Source: Octopus vulgaris
Lineage: Eukaryota
NCBI GenBank assembly: GCA_951406725.2
Contig: OX597814.1
Coordinates: 80,786,001-80,850,000, forward strand
Reading direction: 5' to 3'
DNA: 64,000 bases
In this document: positions 51,897 through 64,000 of the stretch, piece after piece
Numbering within the stretch: the stretch's first letter is position 1
How the letters are laid out: each line of letters opens with the position of its first letter
The notes under the pieces: generated by a model
The model's database searches: none
What the model was told of the DNA's origin: nothing
Seen by the model: only the letters and a program-made list of their open reading frames with translations
Made by a program: the position numbers and the translations under genes

Positions 51897-52658
51897 ACAC
51901 ATACACATGCATAGACATGGCTGTGTGGTTAAGTATTTCATACTCCAGCTTGGGTTTAGTCCTACTAAATGACACCGTGGGCAATTTTCTGATACTAAAG
52001 TCTCAGGTTTAATAATTGGAGCTGACAGACAGAAACTGAAAGAAGTTTGTGGTGCATGTGTGTTTGTATATGTGAGCATAAGTCAATATCTTAACTGATA
52101 AAAAAAGTTTGAGTTTCTCTATGTTCTATTTCTTTAACTTGTTCTCTGTGCTTATTTCTTCATTCATGTTTGCGTAGTGCACATGTGTGTGTGAGTGTGT
52201 GCATGTGTGTGGTGTGTGTGTGTGTGTTGTACATGTGTGTGTGTGTATGTTGTGCACGTGTGTGTGTGTGAATATATCATCATATTAGAAATATCTGCAA
52301 CTCAATTGCTCACATAAAAGCCACAGTGAAGCAGAGAAACTCGTACATTAAAGGAACTATATTCTTTTACTGGTTATAATTAACCAAAGTCTTATAATCA
52401 ATTATATCATCAACAACATTTTGTTTGGTACCTGGAAAGAGAAAGAAACAAAGTCAATCTATGAGTTTTTCAACTCAGAAAATAGCAGGTCGTAACCAAA
52501 TACCACAAAGTATTTCCTCCATGTTCTACAAATTCTATCAACCAGCTACCATATTATAAGCTTATTTTTAAAATTCCAAATTAACAGATATGAAAAGATT
52601 CTAATCTGTGTAAAGTTTGTGGACTGATATGAGTATCAAGTTCTGTCTAACTATCTTA

Positions 52659-52878
52659 TTTCTTTATTGCCCACAAGGGGCTAAACATAGAGGAGACAAA
52701 CAAGGACAGACAAACGGATTAAGTCGACTACATCGACCCCAGTGCATAAGTGATGCTTATTTAATCGACCCCAAAAGGATGTTAGGCAAAGTTGAACTCA
52801 GAATGTAGCGACAGACAAAATACCACTAAGCATTTTGCCCAGCGTGCTAACGTTTCTGATAGCTCGCAGCCTTTATTA
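52659..52878 (-). mobile_element. SINE C variant with alternative 3' tail and 15-bp TSD
   Basis: TSD tgtctaactatctta at 52644-52658 and 52879-52893. Tail gtttgtctgtccttgtttg...ccccttgtgggcaataaagaaa. Confidence 0.88.
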
Positions 52879-54529
52879 TGTCTAACTATCTTAGCACACA
52901 ACACTACATTTCTGCAGTTTGCACATCATTTACATTAATTTAGTCATATAATAGTGATAGATTAGCAGATTCCTAAGAAATAAATTGTGGTATTTAGTTA
53001 TGGCTCTTTACATTCCGAGTTCAAATCTTGCTTAAGTTGACATTGCCCTTTCATCATTCTGGATTCGTTAAACTTAAGTAACAGTCATGTTCCAAGTGTT
53101 GATATATTCAACTGTTGCCTTCCATTTTCCCCCACTGAATTTCTGGCCTCTTACATATGTAAGAAATCAATAATTCATGTCAATGTGTCTTTTTTCCTTT
53201 CATGATAAAGAAATATTGCAGAGGCTAGAATTCTATTTTTTTTTTTTTCGTTTTGTTTTGGATTTAAGGTTCTTGATAAGAATATCAGAAACTTGCATAT
53301 CAAAGAAGCTACACTGATCAAAGGCACAAGTACAGTACTAAACCATAAATCAATAAGCATGAAGAACTTCAAGATTGTCTCAATATTTATCGACTGATTT
53401 GAATGATAAATTTCATACTACGTCTCATTATGCTATACTTTTCTTTACATATCATAGCAGTTTGTTGGTATGTTATGCCACATTCAATATGTTTTATTTC
53501 AAAATTAGAGCTCATTAAAGCCAGAACAGTGAATCAATTCATTTTTTTTTGGTTCCTACAATATAATAACACCTTTCATCACTCTGTTTTGTTTTGTTTT
53601 TTCCTGTTCTTTGATTTGGTTTATATTTAAATAAGAATATTTTAGCAAAAAGCTACAAAATCTTTATAGAATAAATTTAGTACAGATTATTACAAAGAAT
53701 GGGTTCCTTCTATATCAAATGTTTCACTTCATAAATATTTAATTAATATAGCACAAATTATGTCATGTTGAAGATTTCTAAAAAGAATGAAATAGTGCTA
53801 TACATAATTACTGCTGATTAGAAAATTTTAAAATTTCATAAGTAACAATTAAAAAAATTAATATGTACATTCTATGCATTTCTTCCCTTATTCTTTAACT
53901 TCAAATTCAAGCTTCTAATCCCACAAAATACTGAGGAAATAGTTATCTCCTTTGTATAAACTCTCTGCTAGAGAACACCAGATGATATTGCATCAAAATA
54001 CACTGCAAAAAACTATAAAAATGTACAATAATTACTTCTGTATTAATGCAAGGAATTTAATACAATAGGTATCAAAATTAGTGTATAGCATCATACTTGA
54101 GTTTCAAAAAAAATTAATAGGATAAAATACCTCACTGATTTTTAGGTGTAAAAAGTTGTGGTTATATTATATATGATATTGTATTATACTCAGAGAAATA
54201 TGGTTTCAGTGGAATTATGTCATAAAAGAACTTCATGGAAAGAAAAATTGCATATCAAATGATGCAAAAAAAGCAGAGAGAGGCAGAGGTGAAGTAAATT
54301 TATTATGATGATAATGCTAATGAGTAGCACGATGAGAAGGGGAACAATAAAGATGTTGCTAACTATAGTTATGAAGATGATGGTGATAAAGAGAGCCCAT
54401 AAAAATACATACTCTCTCCAGCTGCAACATAGCAAGTACATGCACACACACACACACACATATATATACAAAAGTAAACTCTATCCTAAACAAAGACAAA
54501 ATGCAGCTCCCTAAGAAAATTATAAAACT

Positions 54530-55930
54530 ACTTACACCTTACTACATCCATATCAAATCTCTTTGACTGATAAAGAACAAATTTCAAACATAAAATTTCA
54601 AATATAAAACAAGCATCTAAAAAACGTAAGAATAAACTAGTCAATGAAAAATGTAAAGGAGCAGAAACTATTTGTGTTGATATCCTACCACCAGATCTAA
54701 AACTGAAACCCATTGCAGCAAGACCACCATACAAAGCACATTGCCTAAGTAATTTCCTAGACATTCTGCTAAAACCCCACTTCAAACATATAAAGAGCTT
54801 CATATGAGATGACATGGACACTAAATGAAAACAGCTATATTGTAACATTTGATGTTGTGAACTCTATAGCAGCATTCCTCACAGTTACAGAATTGAAGCT
54901 ATAGAATATAGACTAGACTCATTTCCATATGAAATACCAGAACATATAGATAGAAAATTTATTGTTGATGGCCTCCAGTTAGTAAACAACTTCCTTGTAT
55001 TCAATAACACAGTCTATCAACAAATGCCTGCAATGACCATGGGAACAAAAGTTGCCACCACATATTCCAACTTGGCCATGGGATATACATGGCCATACAG
55101 TAAAAATCTATGACAAATTTTTTCAAACTTTTGGAGAAGAATTCAGCTGTTTTTTGAAAGGAAAATAGAAGAGGTTTCTTGGTGGTTGTTTCATTTTATG
55201 GAGGGAAAATGTTGTCAAACTGAAACCATGCTAAAATCTTATAAACAATAAAAATCACCATGGAATTTAGCAGGTAAACTCCTCATTTTAGACATTCTAA
55301 TAACAAGAACATATCACCACTGGAAACCAACCTTTACTAAACCCAACAACTCACAACTACACCTCCTCTTCACAGCATGTCACCCAAAGCACACATGAAA
55401 CAACAACCTATTCAATCTAGCCAAACCAATTTACACAATTGTATCAAACCCTGAAGCAAGAGACAGAAGATTAAACAAAATGAAGGAAATACTTATAATT
55501 AGAATATAACTCCATAAAACTGATTGAATTTGCTATTCAGAAAGCCAAACATTCAAGAAACTCAAACAACAAAACCCAAGAGAAAAATACCATCCCATAT
55601 ATTTCAACTTTTTACTCAAGAAATACTAAATTTGTCACCAACATATATCTAAGCCTACCAATATCACTACAGGAACAAAATATGAAAAAAAAGTCTAGGA
55701 AAACATCAAATTATAAAAAACAAGAGGCAAATAAAATCACTAAAAGGAATATTGACCAATGCCAAGCTGCATATTCAAATGGCTGACCCTAAAGTAAATG
55801 TAACTAACTAAACTATACATTATATAGCTAACTATTGTTAGGTCCCAATTTCAAAGTGGACCCTACCTTTAAAATTTGAAATATCCTCTCTGGAAAATCA
55901 GACAACCTAATTTACATTATAATATGTAAT
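54530..55930 (+). pseudogene. Heavily decayed Penelope-like RT plus start of GIY-YIG (Neptune-like)
   Basis: Reads LSNFLDILLKP, VTFDVVN.LYSSIPH, YQQ...MGTKVATTYSNLAMG, LDILI, CHPKH...FNLA, IPYISTF and NLIYIIICN. Confidence 0.8.
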
Positions 55931-55943
55931 AGTTTCTTTGGAA

Positions 55944-56487
55944 GAATTCTGGTTTAAGCACCATCACTCATAACCATTTTATGTTTTGGAATTTTCACAA
56001 AAGTTTTGCAAATTTGCATTCTACATTTGGGAATTCATACAATTATGAAAGAAAAAAACTTTTTTATATTTTTTAACCCCCACCACCACATAAATCCTAA
56101 AATTTCCACTCTACTTTTAATTAATTTTTTAAATAAGAGTTTAAAATATGGACAGTCCAAATTTTTTACCCAGCAATGGACTACTCTTGGGTGCATCATC
56201 ACTCTATCAAATATTTTTATGGGGAGAAAAATATTGAAAAGCATCAATACATGCCAGATTGTCAAAAAAAAATTTTTTTAAATGAGGAAGGTATCATGTG
56301 CTCACGAAATGTGCTAAAAACAGCTAAATCACACTTAAATCACACAAAAAGCATTTTACTTTTTTTGCATAATTATATGAATTCCTGTGTGTAAAACACA
56401 AATTTGCAAAACAATGAAAATTTTCTGAAAATTCCAAAAACTAAAAGAAGTTATGAGAAGTTATATCAGGTATTTCAACCAGAATTC
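55944..56487. mobile_element. MITE with ~120-bp imperfect inverted arms (superfamily unassigned)
   Basis: gaattctggtt...ctcataac...ttggaattttca...gttttgcaaatttg...ggaattcata.aattatg is present in inverted orientation at both ends. A third partial arm lies at 56640-56740. Confidence 0.7.
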
Positions 56488-57071
56488 CAATGTTTCTTTT
56501 ACTTGTGTTAGTTCTTATTTGAAGTTTCTGTTCTTCTAGCTGGGTACCTACCTTACAAAGTGGCTAACAAAATCCACATCTTTCATGGATGCTTCATTTT
56601 TTTTCTTTTTTGGCACAGTTTCTATGGCTAACACCATCCACATTATTTTTGGGAATTTCCAGAATATATTTGTGAATTTGTGTTCTACACACGGAAATTC
56701 ATAAGATTCTGCAAAAAAAAACTGTTTTTTGTGTGTGATTTAAGGCCCAACTAGCTGTGGTTGGCATGGTTTCTATGGCTAACACCATTTTACCCAAAAC
56801 CAGAAACTTTTCAGCACCCCCTCGTGTGTGTGTGTGTGTGTATGTGTGTGTGTGTGCATGCACGCACGTGTGTGTCTGCAAGGAGATTTGGTGGATGGAA
56901 ACTGCCTCCCATGGTGAATTACTTTGCCTGTTGCTTGGAAGCAAATGAGAGTTTGTGACAGGGAAAGCAATCATTCAGCCCTTAGAAAATTTGCTTGAAC
57001 AGATTTCACCTGACTCAGGAAAGAATAGAAAATGAGTGTTAAACAATGATGATGATGATTGTGATGATCTA

Positions 57072-57952
57072 CATGGTCTGATCGATAAGTATCCGAACTA
57101 TTGCTATAATAACAAAGCTAAAACATGCAGAGTGAAGCTGCTTAGCAAAGATTGATCTTGAACTCTGCTGTGCATGTGCACTAAGTTTTAACATTTCAAC
57201 TCACTTCCACAGTTTACAGTAGTGTTTGGAAGAAACGTGTGTAGCATGCGTTCATCGCATTGACCATGATAGAGAAAGTTGAGCAGAGAATATGCATCAA
57301 ATTTTGCCAAAAGCTTGGCGATACCTGCTCAGAGGGCTATGCAAAGTTTTTCAGCCATTTTGATGCAATCAAAGAGATCTTGTGCAAGTGAAACCCAAGT
57401 ATCTTTTTGATCAGCTGAAAGCAGTTTTGGCACAAATTTGGCAGACAAGCATCTCATACCCAAATCTTCAGTGATAATGGATTGAACTGAACCATAACTA
57501 ATCTGCACATCCTCTGATAACTCACAGATGGTGATTCGAGGATTTCTCCTTACAGCTGCATGCATATCTGCAATGTTTTTCTCAGTTCTGTTGGTTGTGG
57601 GTTTCCCAGAACGTTCATCAATATCAATACTTTTTCAGCCATCTTAGAAACGTCTGAACCACTCATACACATGTGTGCAGCTCATACACTCCTCTCTATA
57701 CACTTTCTGCAAATTTGTGCAGGCTTCTGAGCAGGTAGCGCCATGATAACTTTCTCTATTATGGTCTATGTGACAATCACACACTACACATTTTCTAAGC
57801 ACTGCTGTAAACAGCAGAAGTGAGCTAAAACATTAAAACTTAGCGTGCATGCAAAGCAGATCTCAAGGTCAATCTTTGCTAAGTGGCTTTACTCTGCATG
57901 CTTTAGTTTTGTTACTATGGCAACAGTCCGAATACTTATTGATCAGACCTCA
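57072..57952. mobile_element. mariner-derived palindromic element made of two 5' ends
   Basis: TA TSD and ~270-bp inverted arms. The left arm encodes MIEKVEQRICIKFC. The right arm (-) encodes VYEWFRRF...DERSGKP...RITICEL...AKFVPKLLS. Confidence 0.88.
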
Positions 57953-58261
57953 TATGGGGTAGTGGAGTGAAGTGAATATATGTACTGATTCTCAAAAGAT
58001 TTTTCTTATTATGTTCTAATATGAATATCTTTAGATATGCAGTTGAGGTGAGGCCTGTTGTCAATGTTATGTATAACATTATTGTAGATTGGGAGGAGGA
58101 TATCTGTCAAAGTAAAATCTAAGAAGGATAACTGTGATAATGGTTGTAGAGATGCTGTGGCAAGAAGGACCTCATTTATAATGTCATTTTCAATAGAGCC
58201 ATTGATCAACCTGGAGTACAGATGTCTCTGCGTGTTTGCTTGCGTATATCAATATATGTAA

Positions 58262-58324
<63 letters not shown>

Positions 58325-58645
58325 TTAAGAGATAGAAAGGTGAAAGAAGGAGAAAAAAGCCTGAAAGAGTGAAAGTAAGAAATAAAGAAAGAATAAAATG
58401 AATTAGAAATATCATGAGAAGAAAGAAATATACATATGTGTGTGATAATATATAATATATATATATATATATATATTGTGTGTGTGTGTGTGCGTGCATG
58501 TGTATGTATATATATATATATATATATAGATATATATATATATAATATATAATATACATATGTATACTATGTATATAATATATATATAATATATATAATA
58601 TATATATAATATATATATACAATATATATATAATGTATATATAAC

Positions 58646-58704
<59 letters not shown>

Positions 58705-59602
58705 GAGAGCTCTTACCTCTGCTGGTGACAAAAGGCCTCTCGCACAGAGTAAAAGGCAGACTATATGATGCGTGTGTACGAACAGCCATGCTACATGGCA
58801 GTGAAACATGGGCTGTGACTGCTGAGGATATGCGTAAGCTCGCAAGAAATGAAGCCAGTATGCTCCGATGGATGTGTAATGTCAGTACTCATACTCGGCA
58901 GAGTGTAAGTACCTTGAGAGAAAAGTTGGACCTAAGAAGCATCAGTTGTGGTGTGCAAGAGAGACGTTTGCACTGGTATGGGCATGTGGCGAGAATGGAT
59001 GAAGATAGTTGTGTGAAAAAGTGCCACACCCTAGCAGTTGAGGGAACCTGTGGAAGAGGCAAACCCAGGAAAACCTGGGACGAGGTGGTGAAGCACAACC
59101 TTCGAACTTTAGGTCTCACTGAGGAAATGACTAGAGACCGAGACCTCTGGAAGTGTGCTGTGCGCGAGAAGACCCGGCAGGACAAGTGAGACCATAACCC
59201 GTGGCCTTCTACATGGGATGGAGCCAGCCTACATATGTATACCTACCTTCTTGGGACACAAAACTCTACTTGTGAAGACCTGTTGAGGCAAGTGAGGATC
59301 TGAATTGAAATCAATGAATGGAAATTGCAGATGTGTTACCAGTGCCGGTGGCATGTAAGAGAACCATCCGTTCGTGACCGTTGCCAGCGCCGCCCTGACT
59401 GGTCTCGTGCCGGTGGCACGTAAAAAGCACCCACTACACTCACGGAGTGGTTGGCGTTAGGAAGGGCATCCAGCCGTAGAAACACTGCCAGATCTGACTA
59501 GGCCTGATGAAGCCTTCCGGCTTCACAGACCCCAGTTGAACTGTCCAACCCATGCTAGCATGGAAAACGGACGCTAAACGATGATGATGATGATGATGAT
59601 GA
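58705..59602 (+). mobile_element. 5'-truncated young RTE LINE within (TA)n, with (GAT)n tail
   Basis: ORF 58725-59189 is near-identical to 27109-27590(-). Confidence 0.93.
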
Positions 59603-59629
59603 TATATATGATATGCATATATTATATAT

Positions 59630-60030
59630 AGTGGCTGTGTGGTAAGTAGCTTGCTACCCAACCACATGGTTCCGGGTTCAGTCCCACTGCATGGCATCTT
59701 GAGCAAGTGTCTTCTACTATAGCCCCGGGCTGACCAATGCCTTGTGAGTGGATTTGGTAGACGGAAACTGAAAGAAGCTTGTCGTATATATGTATATATA
59801 TATATATGTGTGTGTGTATTTGTGTGTCTTTCTTTGTCCCCTTAGCATTGCTTGACAACCGATGCTGGTGTGTTTACGTCCCCGTCATTTAGCGGTTCAG
59901 CAAAAGAGACCGATAGAATAAGTACTGGACTTACAAAGAATAAGTCCCGGGGTCAATTTGCTCGGCTAAAGGCGGTGCTCCAGCATGGCCACAGTCAAAT
60001 GACTGAAACAAGTAAAAGAGTAAAAGAGAG
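59630..60030 (+). mobile_element. SINE family A, well preserved
   Basis: Complete head, centre and tail. Confidence 0.9.
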
Positions 60031-60051
60031 TATATGATATATATATATATG

Positions 60052-60102
<51 letters not shown>

Positions 60103-60437
60103 GCACCTACACCTATGTATGAGCTATTACATACATGTATATGCTAATCTACATGCAACAAAGAAGACAGGAAATAAAGAGAGATGAGAATAAATAGGTA
60201 AAAGTCAGACAAATTAATGCAGGTAGTGTTGTAGTCATGTTCAACAACCGTTGGCATGGCAAACAATCCCACAACAAATAAGCAAAAGTAACATAAAATG
60301 AAACAAATGAAGATGATGATGATGATGATGATTATGGTGAGGATGACGATGATAATCCTTTCTACTATATATAGGTGATAATGACAATGTTTTTTTCACA
60401 ATGATGAAGACTTTTTTATTACATTAATAACATTGTA

Positions 60438-60441
60438 GCTG

Positions 60442-60482
<41 letters not shown>

Positions 60483-60489
60483 ATGATGC

Positions 60490-60545
<56 letters not shown>

Positions 60546-60826
60546 GTAGTGGTGGAGGTGGTGGTGGTGGTGATGGTGATGGTGATGATGATGATGATGA
60601 TGATGATGATTATGATGATGGTGGTGGTGGTGGTAAAGGTAATAGTGGTGATAATGGTGGTGGTTGTGGAGCTGGTGATAATGGTAATGATGATGATGTT
60701 TGTTATTGTTGATGGTAGTGGTGGTGATGATGATGATGGTGATGGTGGTGGTTGTGGTGGTGGTGGTTGTGGTTGTGGTGATGTGATGATGATAATGATT
60801 GTCGATGATGATGATGATGATGATGA
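60438..60826. repeat. (GCT)n-(GAT)n-(GGT)n trinucleotide tract
   Basis: Read directly. Confidence 0.95.
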
Positions 60827-61165
60827 CAGTTATCAATGCTACTGGTAGTGAGTTACAGAGCATACACAAAAGAATGGCTCAGAATTTCTGACTAGTAACT
60901 AAAAGAAGAAGAAAAAATGTCAAGGAGAGAAATGCAGTTGCAACGAAGAATTACATAATTTTTGGTTTCATAATGATCAGAATGGTTTAGATGAAATAAA
61001 TAAATAAATGAATATAATACTAGACTACATTTTAACTTCTACTCATCATCTTGGCAAAATTCTTGGCATACATCTTCCACGTCTAATATTATTTCATAGT
61101 TGTGTGATGGATAAATGAATCCAACTCTGAATTTTGTGTCATGATTATCTGTGGCACATATTTTT

Positions 61166-61508
61166 GTGGCTGTGTGGTAAGAGGCTTGCTTCCCAACCAC
61201 ATGGTTCCAGGTTAAGTCCCACTGCATGCCACCTTGGGCAAGTGTCTTCTACTGTAGTCTTGGGCCGACCAAAGCCTGGTGAGTGGATTTGGTAGATGGA
61301 AACTGAAGTCTCTCACCACCTCTTGTCAACTGGTGCTAGAGTGTTTATGCCCCTGTAACTTAGCAGTTCAGTAAATGAAACCAATAGAATAAGTACCAGA
61401 CTTTAAAAAAAATAAATACAATTTTGATACATTCAGCTAAAAATTCTTCTAGGTGGTGCTCCAGCATAGCCACAGTCTAATGACTGAAACAAGTAAAATA
61501 TAGAAGAT
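61166..61508 (+). mobile_element. SINE family A lacking the central microsatellite
   Basis: The head joins the tail at ~61308 with no repeat tract. Confidence 0.8.
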
Positions 61509-61929
61509 AAATGGTAAGTCAACAAATAGAAATTATCAAAGAGCTTACAAAAATTTATATTAATCCAAGTAAAACTCTGCATTGGTGTGTAGCCACTGGT
61601 AGTGAGTGCGGTGGCATCACCACCAGTGGCAGGAGGAGGAGGGGAAGAAGAGAGGAGGAGGATGGGAGGGAGGAGGATGGGAGGGAGGAGGAGGAGGAGG
61701 AGGAAGCCTCTCACCTAAAGGGCAGTAGTTTTAATGTCCACTTTTCAACACTGGCATGGATTGGACAGGTCTTCAAATGCCATGTCTTACAGTAGAGTAT
61801 CTTTCTTTTGATCAACCCTCTTAGTTGAATAACTTGCATGGATGGAGTAAATCTGTCAAAGAATACATACAATAAGTAAACAACAACAGAAAGCAAGCGA
61901 AAAATGTATGTTACAATTATGTATATTAC

Positions 61930-62310
61930 ACAATAGGGTACATAGCTAGGAGATCAGGGTAGTTTTTCCAGGTTGAGCTACTACTTCACTGCATTGAGGG
62001 GTCACAGCCCTGATACTATGGACATGTGATTAGAAAGCTGCAGGAAAGACTTGCTAGACAGATTCTTCCAGTTAAGCCAACTAACAGGAGACTTCGGAGT
62101 AGACCAAGAATAAAATGGTTGGGTAATATCCATAGCCTCAGTTGGTCATGCCATTTGGGAATCTAGCAGGAAGATGTAACAGCATTTGAATCAGATAGAA
62201 CCATATGGAGGAGTTACCTGAGGACTGGACTCTATCCTCCCATTTAGAAATAATGTAGGGATAATATGAAAGGATAGATGGATGTATGGATGGATGGATG
62301 GATGGATGGA
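61930..62310 (+). mobile_element. RTE-clade 3' fragment resembling Expander/Rex3, with (GGAT)n tail
   Basis: Reads VELLLHCIEGSQP*YYGHVIR...RSRPRIKW...LGI...DRTIW...PP, followed by (GGAT)n. Confidence 0.7.
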
Positions 62311-62702
62311 TTAAGATCCATCAGGGCCCTAAGCACTTAAAAGATTTTGGTACCCCCATAAAAGATTATGTAATTCAAAATATACACAATAAAAAACCAT
62401 AAAACAAATTTTATTTTTCAAAATGAAGCAAAACAGTAAAAGAGAAAATAATGTTTATTTTTGTATACTTCCACTTTATTTATATTTGGAATGTTTCCTC
62501 TTACTTTTTTTGAATTGAAGTCTTTGATCAGATTCTCAAAATTAATCGTAGGTAATACATCTGCATCTATACTTAGTAGAGATAAATGCATCCTGAATAT
62601 TATCCTAGCAAGTTTAAAGTGATTTCTTTTGTGCCATAAACCATTTACCATTTCTGTGGTGTCCCCTCCTTCCCTTGATGCCCCAAGAATGTGCTTATTT
62701 TG
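62311..62702 (-). mobile_element. hAT-derived fragment (dimerisation-domain remnant) inside (GGAT)n
   Basis: Reads RMHLSLLSIDADVLPTINFENLIKDFNSKKVR. (GGAT)n lies on both sides. Confidence 0.55.
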
Positions 62703-63672
62703 GGATGGATGGATGGATTTATCTAACCTAGAAACATTTATGAAATGTCTACAGCCAGATTGAAACTACTATCCATATATCTATAATTCAAGTGTTTGGC
62801 CGCATAGCCCTGCTTGCCTCATCTCTGCATGAGAATGAAAGCAAAGAGGAATTGAAAGAAAATATTTCAAACAATAAAGATATCAGTTGAAAAAGTGATG
62901 TAAGACTTAAGTCACATAGAAAATTGAAAAACTTCCAGCTGGCAACTTGCATTTTGCTGATAGAAATCTATCACAACAAGATGACTGATATCAGACTTCT
63001 GTCTCCTTACAACAAACTATTCCACGCTAATATACTCCATGTAACAGATGTTTGAACCTTGTTTGTGTGTGTGTGAGTTTATATATGTGTGTGTGAATGT
63101 GTCTGTATGTATGTGTATATATATATATGTGTGTGTATATGTCTGTATGTGTGTGTATGTATGTATATATGCACACACACACGTTTCTTCAGTTTTACAT
63201 CCATGCACTCCAGGCTAGCATGGGTTAGATAGGTATAGAGAAAGAAAGAGGTAACCTCACACATACATATAAATATATATATACAACATATATATATATA
63301 TATATATATATGTTTATAGATATACATAATTAACTATATATATGTCTGTATATAAGTAGGTTTATTGATATGTAGGTATGTATACATACATATATGCATG
63401 TGTGTGTATGTGTGTGTATGTGTTAGTATGTATTTCACATTTGTGTGTGTATGTGTTTAATGTGTTTGTGTTCAAAACCTAAGTATCAAACAGCAGACAT
63501 CTTAAGAGGAAATAGATTGATCTTGAAGGAATGGGGGTTTGGTAGAGTAGATGGTGGATGTAAAAGAGTTGAAAGAAAAATAGAAAGAAATAAAAGAAGG
63601 AAAATAACTGCAGAGAGAGAGAAAAGAGAGAGAGATAGGAGGCAGCAAGAGTGTGTAAGTATGTGTGTGCAT

Positions 63673-63729
<57 letters not shown>

Positions 63730-64000
63730 GGGGGGGAACTCCTGAACTCTCCTGAATTCTAGTTTTGTATTTCACACAAATAAATGTCAATCAGAGACTT
63801 CCGAGAGAAGTCACCAATAAAAATTTACCTGAATTATTTTTAACTTGTGTAGACATTGATAAAACTTCAGTTTGCAAATCAATAATTATAACAACTGAGT
63901 GTTTAATGATAAGACGTTATTAAAGAGCAGAAACCAAGAGAAATCTTGAAGAAATATATTTCTCTTCAACAAGGCAGTGGATTGGTAGAATCTTTAAAAC

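Noticed and set aside
58009-58209. 66-aa minus-strand ORF after a cag acceptor
   Set aside because: No homology recognised and no good donor site.
59502-59528. CTGATGA followed by a hairpin in the RTE 3' UTR
   Set aside because: No GAAA follows the stem, and other RTE copies read ctggtgca at this position.
60396-60869. 157-aa poly-His/Gln/Thr ORF
   Set aside because: It is a trinucleotide microsatellite with no flanking coding context.

Overview
AT-rich, microsatellite-dense eukaryotic DNA. The repeat families suggest a coleoid cephalopod, most likely Octopus; this is an inference from recognition, not a database result. I found no supportable host protein-coding exon, so the window looks intronic or intergenic, and almost all listed ORFs are microsatellite artefacts or decayed transposon frames. 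Retroelements: a decayed Tx1/L1-clade LINE (0.8-4.8 kb), several RTE-clade LINE pieces, three fragments with a restriction-like endonuclease (RLE), at least three Penelope-like elements and four or more tRNA-derived SINE families. DNA elements: an end-to-end Chapaev3-type transposon with TIRs and a TTA TSD (21509-23668), Helitron-type elements, and piggyBac, mariner, hAT and TGT-ended MITEs. The most interesting signal is RNA-level: six hammerhead-ribozyme-like motifs. They comprise an identical inverted pair at 19.2-19.4 kb, an intact-core motif with an ~85-nt stem II at 49.4-49.5 kb, two decayed motifs, and one inside a Penelope terminal repeat that also carries a tRNA-like Pol III promoter (31.7-33.1 kb). 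All alignments and folds were done by eye. Family names come from motif recognition. Boundaries without a TSD or TIR are approximate.
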